Source: an uncultured Planctomycetia bacterium (GTDB lineage Bacteria > Omnitrophota > Gorgyraeia > CAYWPX01). From it: a stretch of DNA of 64,000 bases. The DNA lies in the NCBI GenBank assembly GCA_964460615.1, contig CAYWPX010000003.1:25343-89342 (forward strand). Reading direction: 5' to 3'. The notes under the pieces were generated by a model, which searched no databases, was not told the origin of the DNA, and was given only the letters and a program-made list of their open reading frames with translations. The translations under genes and the position numbers were made by a program. This document shows, one piece after another, positions 36,876-46,520 of the stretch; within the stretch, counting starts at the first letter, position 1, and each line of letters starts with the position of its first letter.

Positions 36876-39281
36876 CTAGAATTTTACCTGGACTATTTCA
36901 TCATTTCCATTAAGCATAAAACTAAAATCAAGAGTACCGTTTTTATAGGTAAACTTTAGTTTTTCATTGTTTAATGTAATAGCCTTTGGTTTTTTGGCGA
37001 CTTTTAAGGATACGGCTGCTTTGCCATCCCTCGAACCGTCAACATTAATATTCAGCACATTCTTAAGCCATTTAGCCGCAATGATCTCGCAGGTTGCGAA
37101 CCTGGCGACCACATCTTTTGCTATTTGTACATTAAGAGGCAATAGGTATGAATCTCTGTGCATAAAATGAATTGATCTGAGCGTTGTAGGTTTGGATTCG
37201 CCCGGGAAAGTAAGTGTAACATCGGCATCACGTGTTGTATCGTTGAAGTTTGTAATAGACAAGAAGCCGTAGTTATCGGTTTTTCTTAAAACCGCGTGTA
37301 TGTCATAAGGCTTCACCGTTATATTCCTTTTTGCGCCAACAAGCTCGGCAAAGTTCTTGGCAACATCAATATGATAATCAAATGTATGAGGAATATAGAA
37401 TCCGATAAAAAGGACCTTACCTTTTTCGACATTCTTAAGTATTGCGCATGGTTCTTTATCTTTAGTCCATGCAAGAACTGTGGCGCCTTTTGGATCAACG
37501 ATAGTTTGCTCGAAATCAGCAAGAATGTCCTTGCCGGGCGTCGAAACTATCTTGTCGCTTGAGTAGACAAGGTTGTTCCAGGTATATTTAGTTATTTTTA
37601 TACCAAGATCATCCTGCAGGGTCGTATTATTCTTTAGATTAAGGTCTTTAGTCGGCAACAGCGGATTGACTACCAGCGTACCGCCTTTTTTGACATAATC
37701 TGCCAGTTTTTTCTGTGTTGCCCCATCCATGTAAGCTATTGAAAAGATCCAGAGAATTTTATGCTTCAGCAGTTCGTCGATGGTAGCCTTCTCGATATCT
37801 ACGAGAGGAAAATTAAACCCAGCAACATGTAATAACCTTGCCGGTCCGTCAAAGAAATACCTGTCACGCTTGGCCTCAAATTCTTCTTTATACCTGCCCG
37901 AAAGATATTCGGTAGTATAATATGGCTGGTAATAACCCATAGCAAAATTATCATACATCTTATCAGTATCTGCTAGCAGGCTGTTAAAAGACCCGATGAA
38001 TTTCCCGAACATTTTAAGCGGTTTCATATGGGACCTGTAGTTTCCTTTCGAATCTATAGGTGCCTGCCATTCATGGTAACTTGATCTTTGTGCAATAAGA
38101 GGATCGTTTGTTCCTCCGCAGAACATATAGCCATTAATGGAATTTAACCCGTGGGCAGTTGAATATTTGATATTAAGCTCAACATCAGCCTCGTAAAGCC
38201 TCGGCCTGTCATTCATTCCTCCGATCTGCATTTCTGCGCATATTGTCGGAGCGCCGGGAGAAGTAATGGTTTTCATCATCTCGGTCATTAAGATTGCATC
38301 ATGAAAATTTTCAAAATCCAGCCTTCTCATCTGATAAGCTCCGCCGAAGATCGTATTAGGGGTGTACTTAGAAAAATCATGGAACATGGATATACACATA
38401 AGGCCCTGGTTTCCGCGTCCTGACATCATATAGTCATAAAAGCCGGGTATATTTGCGCTTAGAGGGATATCTATTCCCGCCTGCCTTACCCTGTCAGCTA
38501 AGCTCTTGAAATACAAGGCATAATATTCGCGATAAAATGAGGCAAAATCAAGGCATCTGGATAGCCCTTCAGTATTTGTATCTCCCATTGGCTGTCTTAT
38601 CTCATCAAAAGACTTAAATGAAGAGCCGTAGGTCTCGTTTAATACTGCGATAGATTTATACTTATTTTTTAAAAAGTTCTGAAATAATTTTGTAGTATTC
38701 TCACTGTAGTCAGGGCCTTTGGCAAGCCACTGAATCATAGCGATTTCATTACATAGCTGCATAATTCCGATTGGGCCCCCATTCTCAGTGAGGTTCTCTT
38801 TAATAATTGGAAGCACCTTGTCGTACCATTTGGATACAAAGCCCTGGAAGGTCGGATTAAGGTATGACATCATTGTAGGGTTAGTTATAACATTACCCTT
38901 AGGATCTTTAATATGCACTTCGGGATATTTGGATGTCAGCCATGTTGGTAATCCTTCTCCCGTGATTTCACCGTTAGAGATAGGACCAATCCTTGGCAGA
39001 AAATACATCCCTGCCTCATTGATCAAGTTGATGAACTTAATAACATTTCTTTGAGGATGCGTTTTGCCGGTAAAATCGAATGCTCCCTCATTGATTTCAT
39101 GCCATATCCAAGGAATATAGCTGGCAATAGTATTTAATCCGGCTTCTTTGGCCTTTTTTATTCGATCTTTCCATTCATTTTCTTTTATTCTGAAATAGTG
39201 GATTTCTCCCGAATTAAAATATATCGGAGTTTCGTTTATAAAAAATTTCTTGTCCTTTAAAATTACCCTGCCCTTTTCCAT
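36876..39281 (-). CDS. Glycoside hydrolase family 35 beta-galactosidase-like enzyme
   Basis: 801 aa. N-terminal GH35 TIM-barrel pattern (GEIHYFRI...W...KAKEAGLNTIASYIPWIWHE...GPISNGEITGEGLPTWL) and GGPIGIMQLCNEI catalytic-acid region. AAGGAGAGG SD. Confidence 0.8.
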   Translation of the reverse strand: MEKGRVILKDKKFFINETPIYFNSGEIHYFRIKENEWKDRIKKAKEAGLNTIASYIPWIWHEINEGAFDFTGKTHPQRNVIKFINLINEAGMYFLPRIGPISNGEITGEGLPTWLTSKYPEVHIKDPKGNVITNPTMMSYLNPTFQGFVSKWYDKVLPIIKENLTENGGPIGIMQLCNEIAMIQWLAKGPDYSENTTKLFQNFLKNKYKSIAVLNETYGSSFKSFDEIRQPMGDTNTEGLSRCLDFASFYREYYALYFKSLADRVRQAGIDIPLSANIPGFYDYMMSGRGNQGLMCISMFHDFSKYTPNTIFGGAYQMRRLDFENFHDAILMTEMMKTITSPGAPTICAEMQIGGMNDRPRLYEADVELNIKYSTAHGLNSINGYMFCGGTNDPLIAQRSSYHEWQAPIDSKGNYRSHMKPLKMFGKFIGSFNSLLADTDKMYDNFAMGYYQPYYTTEYLSGRYKEEFEAKRDRYFFDGPARLLHVAGFNFPLVDIEKATIDELLKHKILWIFSIAYMDGATQKKLADYVKKGGTLVVNPLLPTKDLNLKNNTTLQDDLGIKITKYTWNNLVYSSDKIVSTPGKDILADFEQTIVDPKGATVLAWTKDKEPCAILKNVEKGKVLFIGFYIPHTFDYHIDVAKNFAELVGAKRNITVKPYDIHAVLRKTDNYGFLSITNFNDTTRDADVTLTFPGESKPTTLRSIHFMHRDSYLLPLNVQIAKDVVARFATCEIIAAKWLKNVLNINVDGSRDGKAAVSLKVAKKPKAITLNNEKLKFTYKNGTLDFSFMLNGNDEIVQVKF

Positions 39282-39428
39282 TTCTTCCTCTCCTTAAATA
39301 ATGTGTCCCGGTGTGATCCCGGGTGAATTATGCCTAACCATCGTAAAAAAATTTTAACGCTATCAGGATAAAAATTTTAATTATACTGAGATTAGGAATG
39401 CAATTTTTGCTTCGAAACTATAAGTTTT

Positions 39429-39460
39429 AAAAAAAATACGCCTTAATTTTTCAAGGCGTT
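39429..39460 (-). terminator. Rho-independent terminator about 95 nt downstream of trpC (stem ACGCCTT/AAGGCGT, U-tract)
   Basis: Minus strand reads ACGCCTTGAAAAATTAAGGCGTATTTTTTTT. Confidence 0.65.
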
Positions 39461-39552
39461 AATTATTGTGGTTGCCTTATATCCATTTAATCAAATTTGA
39501 ATCCATTTTATAGCATATTTATAACGAGTTGTCAATAGAATTAATCAGTTGC

Positions 39553-40329
39553 CTACGTCCCCATAATCTCCGTAACTTTTGAAGGGATATTCCCTGATTT
39601 AAGAAAAGACTCGCCTATCAATACTGCATTTACACCCAGTTTTTGGAGATATTCCATGTCATCATGGGTTTTGATGCCGCTTTCGGATACAATAGTCACA
39701 TTCTTCGGCAGAACATTAATAATTTTTTCGGTAATTTTGAGATTTACTTCAAGGGTGTCTAAATTCCTGTTATTAATCCCTATGATATCCGCTCCGACAT
39801 TGACCGCCCTTTTAGCCTCTTCTTCGTTATGGACTTCAACCAAAGCATCGAGTCCGATCTCTCTGGTTAAATATAGAAAAGTCTCGAGCTCCTTTTCATC
39901 CAAAATCCTCGCTATTAATAAAATCGCATCAGCGCCGTGGTATTTTGATTCAAAAACCTGATATTTATCTATGATAAAGTCTTTTCTGAGGACGGATATA
40001 TTATTACGTGATTTAACGATCGCTATATCTTCGAGGCTGCCGCCAAAGTATTTGTCATCAGTGAGTATCGATAGGGCTCTGGCGCCTGAACGTATGTATT
40101 CACCCGCGATCTTAAGCGGATTATAATAATTAAAAATTGTACCTGCTGAAGGAGATTTCTTTTTTAATTCAGCTATCAGAGAAATTTTTCCGGGCCGGCT
40201 TATGGCATTTGAAAAACTAGATTTTGTCGGTAAAAAATTAATACTGCTTAAAAGTGTCCTTATAGGAAGAACGTTTTTTGCTTTTTCAATTTCAAGCTTT
40301 TTATTTTGGATAATTTCATCTAGGATCAT
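39553..40329 (-). CDS. trpC: Indole-3-glycerol phosphate synthase (monofunctional, 258 aa, no fused TrpF domain)
   Basis: Typical IGPS motifs (LIAELKKKSPS, NNRNL). Confidence 0.9.
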   Translation of the reverse strand: MILDEIIQNKKLEIEKAKNVLPIRTLLSSINFLPTKSSFSNAISRPGKISLIAELKKKSPSAGTIFNYYNPLKIAGEYIRSGARALSILTDDKYFGGSLEDIAIVKSRNNISVLRKDFIIDKYQVFESKYHGADAILLIARILDEKELETFLYLTREIGLDALVEVHNEEEAKRAVNVGADIIGINNRNLDTLEVNLKITEKIINVLPKNVTIVSESGIKTHDDMEYLQKLGVNAVLIGESFLKSGNIPSKVTEIMGT

Positions 40330-40330
40330 A

Positions 40331-41365
40331 TTAGCCTCTATTTGTAATTTCGGTTAATTGTTCCAGTTTTGATATTGCCGCATAGGAATCTATGCTATGG
40401 GCAGCAATCAGCGTTCCCTCTTTAATGTTTTTAGCCATCCCACTTATATAAATCGCACTTGCGGAATTCATTATTACAATATTTCTTCGTGCCGATTTTT
40501 CTCCGCTAAGTACATTTCTGATAACATTAGCATTAAATCTAGCGTCTTTACCTTGAATGGACTTCAAAGTTGATTTTTTAAATCCAAAATCTTTTGGGTT
40601 GATAGTATAGCGAGAAATCTTATTATTTAGTAATTGCGCTACTTTTGTAGGGCCGGTTATGGAAATTTCGTCTAACCCATCATATCCGTAAACTACCATT
40701 GCCCTTTTTGTGCCGAGATTTTTGAGTACTTTGATCACTATATCAACCAGTTTCCCGTCATAGACGCCTAATATCTGGACATTTGTATTTAGAGGATTGG
40801 CAAGAGGGCCCAGAATATTAAATATAGTCCTTATTCCGAGATCTTTTCTGACAGGAGCAGCATATTTCATAGCGCCGTGATAAATAGGCGCAAACATAAA
40901 ACCTATCCCGACCTTATTTATGCAATCTAATAATTTCTCGGGTGAAATGTTGATATTTACGCCCAATTCCTCAAGGACATCGGCGCTTCCGCAGTGGCCC
41001 GATGCCGACCGGTTCCCATGTTTTGCGACCTTTATTCCGGCGCCTGCAATTACAAAGGCGCTCGCAGTTGAGATATTAAAAGTATTGATGTTAGTCCCCC
41101 CGGTACCGCAAGTATCAACCAGAGGCTCAATTTCTAGATCTATAACCTGTTTACCGTTTTTTATATTGAGCGCTTTTGACCGCATAACCCTTGCTGCAGC
41201 CGTGATCTCTTCTACTGTTTCGCCTTTTATCCTTAAGCCTGTCAAAAATGCGCTGATCTGGCTAACGGTTGCCACTCCAGACATAATTTCATTAAAGGCC
41301 GACCCCATTTCTTTAGGGGTTAGATCATTTTTTTTAATAAGCTTTTTAATACACTCTTTTATCAA
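40331..41365 (-). CDS. trpD: Anthranilate phosphoribosyltransferase
   Basis: 344 aa. GTGGD-like DTCGTGG motif and glycosyltransferase family 3 fold. Confidence 0.9.
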   Translation of the reverse strand: MIKECIKKLIKKNDLTPKEMGSAFNEIMSGVATVSQISAFLTGLRIKGETVEEITAAARVMRSKALNIKNGKQVIDLEIEPLVDTCGTGGTNINTFNISTASAFVIAGAGIKVAKHGNRSASGHCGSADVLEELGVNINISPEKLLDCINKVGIGFMFAPIYHGAMKYAAPVRKDLGIRTIFNILGPLANPLNTNVQILGVYDGKLVDIVIKVLKNLGTKRAMVVYGYDGLDEISITGPTKVAQLLNNKISRYTINPKDFGFKKSTLKSIQGKDARFNANVIRNVLSGEKSARRNIVIMNSASAIYISGMAKNIKEGTLIAAHSIDSYAAISKLEQLTEITNRG

Positions 41366-41366
41366 C

Positions 41367-41930
41367 TTACACCTTCAAAAAATTTAAAAGTAATTGTTTG
41401 CCGTGTTTTGTTAATATAGATTCCGGATGAAACTGCACTCCCCATACGGGGAAAACCTTGTGCTTGATCCCCATAATTTCCTTATCTTTGGTTTCAGCAA
41501 TAATCTCAAGGCACTTGGGTAGCGAAGCTCTTTTAATAAGAAGTGAATGATATCTCGTAGCATCGAAAGGGCTGGGGATACCCTTAAAAATTGTTTTTTG
41601 ATTATGATAGATCCGGGAGGTTTTCCCGTGCATAATATTTGAGGCTCTAACTATCTCGCCGCCATATGCCTGTCCTATGCATTGATGCCCTAAACAGACG
41701 CCTAAAATCGGAATAGTTCCCGCAAAGGTTTTTATGACCTCGTTTGATATTCCGGCGTTATTGGGCGTGCCTGGTCCCGGAGAAATGATGATCTTATCCG
41801 GTTTTAGTTTATTTATTTTACCGCATGTGATTTTGTCATTACGAAAAACTACGGGGTTTTCGTCAAGCTCCCCGATATACTGCGCGAGATTATATGTAAA
41901 TGAATCATAGTTATCGATCAAAATTATCAT
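41367..41930 (-). CDS. trpG: Anthranilate synthase component II / glutamine amidotransferase (TrpG/PabA)
   Basis: Class I GATase catalytic Cys (GVCLGHQ) and HPE motif. 187 aa. Confidence 0.9.
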   Translation of the reverse strand: MIILIDNYDSFTYNLAQYIGELDENPVVFRNDKITCGKINKLKPDKIIISPGPGTPNNAGISNEVIKTFAGTIPILGVCLGHQCIGQAYGGEIVRASNIMHGKTSRIYHNQKTIFKGIPSPFDATRYHSLLIKRASLPKCLEIIAETKDKEIMGIKHKVFPVWGVQFHPESILTKHGKQLLLNFLKV

Positions 41931-41932
41931 GT

Positions 41933-43411
41933 CTATATGCCCTTTTCGGATATTTCTATTGCTTTAAAAAGCGCTTTAGCCTTATTGACTGTTTCTTTAT
42001 ATTCATTTTGTGGCTTAGAATCCAGCACTATGCCTGCACCCGCTTGAACATAGGCGGTATTATTTTTTACCAAAATCGTCCTTATGGTAATACAAGTGTC
42101 AAGGTTGCCTGTGAACCCGAAATAACCTATACATCCTGCATATATACCTCTTTTTGTGTTCTCCAGCTCATCAATGATCTCCATAGCCCTGATTTTAGGC
42201 GCGCCTGAAACTGTACCGGCGGGAAAACATGCTCTTATAACATCAAAACTGTCCTTACCTTTCGAGATCTTTCCCTTTACGCTTGAGACTATATGCATAA
42301 CATGCGAATATTTTTCGACAGTCATAAAATCTTCCACAACAATAGACTTGAAATCGCATACCTTTCCAAGGTCGTTTCTTCCCAGGTCAACAAGCATTAT
42401 ATGCTCCGAACATTCCTTTGGGTCGTTAAGAAGTTCTTTTTCAAATATCAGGTCTTCGTTCGGGGTAGCGCCTCTGGGTCTTGTTCCGGCTATGGGTCTC
42501 GTTTCAGCGGATCCATCCTCACATCTAACGAATAATTCGGGAGAGCACCCGATTATATTAAAATCATTTAAATTAAAATAATACATATAAGGTGATGGGT
42601 TTATCGATCTTAGCGCGCGGTAAATATCAAAGGTATTCTTGTTAGTTAATTTAGTAGAAAATCGCTGAGACGGGACTACTTGGATTATATCGCCTGATTT
42701 AATATATTCGATAGCTTTTTCGACTAATTTAGCAAATTTGATATTTGTAAGATTAGACTCGATATTCAGTTCTTTGGATGAATCCTCAGCGATATATTTT
42801 TGGGGTTTTAGGGGTTTTTTTAGTTTATTGATCAATGCATCAATCTTATTAACTGCAGTATCGTAAGCGTCTTTTGGTGAGCCCTTAATATGAGCATTAG
42901 AAACGATCTTGATCCGGTGTTTTATATGGTCAAATATCAGAACAGTATCAGCCAAAATAAAAAGTGTATCAGGAATGGCAATGCTATCAAAGTTCTTGTC
43001 AGGAATGTTCTCGAAAAATCTGACTACATCATAACCAAGGTAGCCCACCAATCCACCTGCAAAGCGCGGCAAACCGTCAATATTAACATATTTATAATGA
43101 GAGAGAATTTTCTTTATTTCTTCTAAAGGGTCGGTTAGCGTATCAAAGACTTTTTTGGTTTTGCCTTCGGTTATTTCGATAGATCGGTTCTTACTTTTGA
43201 ATATCATTGAAGGCCTGGACCCGAGAAATGAAAACCTGGCAGTTCTCTCGCCGCCTTCAACGGACTCCAATAAAAACGAGTAACTTCCATCGTCTATTTT
43301 AAGAAATGCCGATACGGGGGTCTCAAGATCAGCCATTATCTCTCTATAGACGGGGATAATGTTGCCTTTTTTTGATAGTTCTTTAAATTTATCAAAGCTG
43401 GGATAGTGCAT
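41933..43411 (-). CDS. trpE: Anthranilate synthase component I
   Basis: 492 aa. Chorismate-binding motifs (GRYSF-like, GGAVGY-like). Confidence 0.9.
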   Translation of the reverse strand: MHYPSFDKFKELSKKGNIIPVYREIMADLETPVSAFLKIDDGSYSFLLESVEGGERTARFSFLGSRPSMIFKSKNRSIEITEGKTKKVFDTLTDPLEEIKKILSHYKYVNIDGLPRFAGGLVGYLGYDVVRFFENIPDKNFDSIAIPDTLFILADTVLIFDHIKHRIKIVSNAHIKGSPKDAYDTAVNKIDALINKLKKPLKPQKYIAEDSSKELNIESNLTNIKFAKLVEKAIEYIKSGDIIQVVPSQRFSTKLTNKNTFDIYRALRSINPSPYMYYFNLNDFNIIGCSPELFVRCEDGSAETRPIAGTRPRGATPNEDLIFEKELLNDPKECSEHIMLVDLGRNDLGKVCDFKSIVVEDFMTVEKYSHVMHIVSSVKGKISKGKDSFDVIRACFPAGTVSGAPKIRAMEIIDELENTKRGIYAGCIGYFGFTGNLDTCITIRTILVKNNTAYVQAGAGIVLDSKPQNEYKETVNKAKALFKAIEISEKGI

Positions 43412-43809
43412 TATTTTTTATAAACCTTCTCGGGATTAAATATTCTTTTTTCAGAGATCTTTATAGAGCCATTTTTATCAAATTCCCTGTAATAGCATGT
43501 AAAATAACCCGCATGACATGCTGCAACCTTCTGCTCGACCTCTAATAATAAAGAATTACACTCGCAATCTAAGAATGCATTCTTTAATATCTGTATATTC
43601 CCAGAGGTTTCACCTTTCATCATAAGCTTATTTTGAGACCTTCTGTACAAATAGATCTTACCGGTTTCAAATGTTTTAATCAATGAGTCCTTATTCATAT
43701 AACATAAAGTAAGCACTTTATGAGATTTTTTATCCTGTATGATGGCAGGTATCAAACCGGCGTCATTGAATTTAAGCGCATCTATAATAGTCAGCAGATC
43801 TTTATTCAT
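43411..43809 (-). CDS. hisI: Phosphoribosyl-AMP cyclohydrolase (monofunctional HisI)
   Basis: 132 aa with CDxD-type motif (FLDCECNS). Stop overlaps the trpE start by 1 nt. Confidence 0.85.
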   Translation of the reverse strand: MNKDLLTIIDALKFNDAGLIPAIIQDKKSHKVLTLCYMNKDSLIKTFETGKIYLYRRSQNKLMMKGETSGNIQILKNAFLDCECNSLLLEVEQKVAACHAGYFTCYYREFDKNGSIKISEKRIFNPEKVYKK

Positions 43810-44579
43810 ATTCTTATCAGTATTCCTTTCTTTCTTAGGTATTTTTTTAATTCGTTGATAGATAATTCTTTATAATGAAACAAAGATGCAGCTAAAGCCG
43901 CATCGGCCCTTCCTTTGGTAAAGGCATCTAAAAAATCTTCTTTTGACCCTGCTCCCCCTGACGCAATGACAGGTATCCTTACCGATTCACTTATCCTTTT
44001 AGTGAGCTCAAGGTCATAACCAATTTTAGTACCGTCACGGTCCATGCTTGTAAGTAGTATTTCGCCGGCACCTAAAGAGGCGGCTTTTTTCGCCCAAATT
44101 AGTGCATCTATGCCTGTTGAATTCCTGCCGCCATTAATATAAACTTCCCAGGATCTGTTTTTAGAAGTAGAGTTATTTTTAAGCTTAGCATCTATAGCAA
44201 TTACAATACACTGGCTCCCGAATCGCTTAGAGGACTGTTTAATAAAATCAGGGTTTTTAATTGCCGATGTATTAATAGATACCTTGTCACATCCGGCATT
44301 CAATAGATCTCTTATGTCTTCAATAGTTCTTATTCCTCCTCCGACAGTAAACGGGATGAATATACTGTCGGCCGTTCTTCTGACAACATCGATCATAGTG
44401 CGCCTAGCTTCATATGAAGCGGTTATATCCAAAAAGACCAGTTCATCGGCGCCTTCTCTGTCATACATTACGGCGTTTTCAACGGGATCGCCGGCATCCT
44501 TGAGGTCGAGAAAATTAATTCCCTTGACTACCCTTCCCGCTTTTACATCGAGGCAAGGAATAATTCTTTTGGCTAACAT
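43806..44579 (-). CDS. hisF: Imidazole glycerol phosphate synthase cyclase subunit
   Basis: 257 aa (beta/alpha)8. RIIPCLDV N-terminus. Confidence 0.95.
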   Translation of the reverse strand: MLAKRIIPCLDVKAGRVVKGINFLDLKDAGDPVENAVMYDREGADELVFLDITASYEARRTMIDVVRRTADSIFIPFTVGGGIRTIEDIRDLLNAGCDKVSINTSAIKNPDFIKQSSKRFGSQCIVIAIDAKLKNNSTSKNRSWEVYINGGRNSTGIDALIWAKKAASLGAGEILLTSMDRDGTKIGYDLELTKRISESVRIPVIASGGAGSKEDFLDAFTKGRADAALAASLFHYKELSINELKKYLRKKGILIRI

Positions 44580-45298
44580 AAATTAATCGCCTCTTTTAAA
44601 TCTATCTTATTTTCATAGATAGCCCTGCCTACAATTGCCCCCTCAAGCCGTTTATCATTAATTGAAATAAGATTTTTTAGGTCATTAAGGCCGGAAACTC
44701 CTCCGGAGGCCACTAAATTTGTCTCAGATGAAATATAAGATAGCATCTCCTTTAGACTTTTAATGTTCGGGCCGGTCAACGCCCCGTCAGTAGCAACATC
44801 TGTATATATAATTGTTTTTACTCCTAAATTGGAGATCTTTTTTCCGAAATCAAGAGCTTTAACTTTACTGACTTCTTTCCAGCCTCGCATAGCCAGATAA
44901 CCATCCTTAGCATCAATACTGATAACAATATGGTGACCAAAGGTTTTAATGATCTGTTTCAGAAAATCTTCATCCTCGACGACTCTGGTTGTCAATATTA
45001 CTCTGTGAACTCCCAGATTAAGAAGATTTTTTATAGCAGCCTTATCTCTTATTCCGCCGCCAAACTCTATAGGAACATTCGTTGACGAAATAATTTTTTT
45101 AAGTAATTCAAGGTTCTTAAGTTCACCTGTTTTTGCTCCATCAAGATCAACGACATGAATAAGCTTTGCGCCGCTCAGAGTAAATTTCTCCGCCATGCCT
45201 ACAGGGTCCTCAGAGTAAACCGTTACTTTGTCAAAATTTCCATGAAGAAGCCTGACAACAGCGCCGTCTTTGATGTCTATAGCGGGTATAATGATCAT
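44573..45298 (-). CDS. hisA: ProFAR isomerase HisA (possibly bifunctional PriA-like, see findings)
   Basis: 241 aa. [11 protein letters not shown]-terminus and HisA/HisF fold. Confidence 0.9.
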   Translation of the reverse strand: MIIIPAIDIKDGAVVRLLHGNFDKVTVYSEDPVGMAEKFTLSGAKLIHVVDLDGAKTGELKNLELLKKIISSTNVPIEFGGGIRDKAAIKNLLNLGVHRVILTTRVVEDEDFLKQIIKTFGHHIVISIDAKDGYLAMRGWKEVSKVKALDFGKKISNLGVKTIIYTDVATDGALTGPNIKSLKEMLSYISSETNLVASGGVSGLNDLKNLISINDKRLEGAIVGRAIYENKIDLKEAINLC

Positions 45299-45906
45299 AG
45301 GCTAACGAAATTTTTAAGCATTTTTAAACCGATCTCCTGGCTTTTTTCGGGGTGGAACTGCATAGCAAATATATTACCTTTTGATATGCTGGATGCGAAA
45401 TTAATTTCATAATTGGTTGTTGATGATATTATGGATTTATCAATAGGATCAACATAATAAGAGTGCACAAAATAAACATATGCGCCGTCGCTAATTCCCT
45501 TTAATAGGGGTGAAGTTCTTTTAATTGAATCAAGTGAATTCCAACCCATATGGGGAACTTTGAGATTTTTGTCAGTGAATTTGAATTTTCTTACTTTTCC
45601 TTTGATAATCGAAAGCCCTTTTATCCCTTTTGCTTCCTCACTTTCTTCAAACAAAAGCTGCATCCCAAGGCATAGGCCTAAAAACGGCTTATTTAGCTGC
45701 AAATATTCTTTAATTGGCTCTAAAAGTCCTCTTTTTTTTAATTCTTTAACTGAATCCCCAAAAGCGCCGACTCCGGGTAAGACCAGTTTATTCGCAATCT
45801 TAACATCAGATGGGTCATCGGTAATCATGACCCTTGAACCCATCTTTTCAAAGGCCTTTTCAACGCTTCTAAGGTTTCCCATGCCGTAATCAACAACATA
45901 AATCAT
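45295..45906 (-). CDS. hisH: Imidazole glycerol phosphate synthase glutaminase subunit
   Basis: GATase Cys (GLCLGMQ) and the HPE motif (QFHPEKS). 203 aa. Confidence 0.95.
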   Translation of the reverse strand: MIYVVDYGMGNLRSVEKAFEKMGSRVMITDDPSDVKIANKLVLPGVGAFGDSVKELKKRGLLEPIKEYLQLNKPFLGLCLGMQLLFEESEEAKGIKGLSIIKGKVRKFKFTDKNLKVPHMGWNSLDSIKRTSPLLKGISDGAYVYFVHSYYVDPIDKSIISSTTNYEINFASSISKGNIFAMQFHPEKSQEIGLKMLKNFVSL

Positions 45907-46502
45907 AATATGCCTTTTGTGGACGGGACACCTTTTCTGCGGCTATCGATCCTTGTGGCATTATCAAGCGCTCGTCCTAATGCTTTAAAGATCGCCTCTA
46001 CCGTGTGATGTAAATCTCCGACTCTCGGTAATTCTATAATAATGTTTATACCGCTATTTTTTGCAAATGAATCCAAAAATTGTTCAAAATCCTTGAATGA
46101 ATAACCCTTTTCTTCTCCAAAAACATGGTTTAGAGGATAATTGAGGTATAAAGAGCCTCGGTTACTGATATCAACGGTTGCTCTAGCAAGTACCTCATCC
46201 ATAGGAGCAGAACCGGCATCAAACCTCCTGATCCCTTTCGAGTTACCCAGAGCTTTTTTAAACGCTTTGCCCAGGCAGATACCTACGTCTTCATTGGTGT
46301 GATGAATATCAACCTTTAAATCCCCCGTAGCCTTCAAATTAAGATCAAAAAAACCGTGAAAACTGAAAAGTTCAAGCATGTGGTCAATGATCCCGATACC
46401 TGTGTCTATATTAGAATCACCTTTACCGTCTAAGTTTATAATGCAGGTTATCTTGGTTTCTCTGGTCGGCCTTATCTCTTTGCCTATTCGTTTATTTGGC
46501 AT
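45903..46502 (-). CDS. hisB: Imidazoleglycerol-phosphate dehydratase
   Basis: 199 aa. IGPD metal-binding His motifs (HHTNEDVG, DxHH). Confidence 0.9.
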   Translation of the reverse strand: MPNKRIGKEIRPTRETKITCIINLDGKGDSNIDTGIGIIDHMLELFSFHGFFDLNLKATGDLKVDIHHTNEDVGICLGKAFKKALGNSKGIRRFDAGSAPMDEVLARATVDISNRGSLYLNYPLNHVFGEEKGYSFKDFEQFLDSFAKNSGINIIIELPRVGDLHHTVEAIFKALGRALDNATRIDSRRKGVPSTKGIL

Positions 46503-46520
46503 AATAATTTTCCTTTATGT

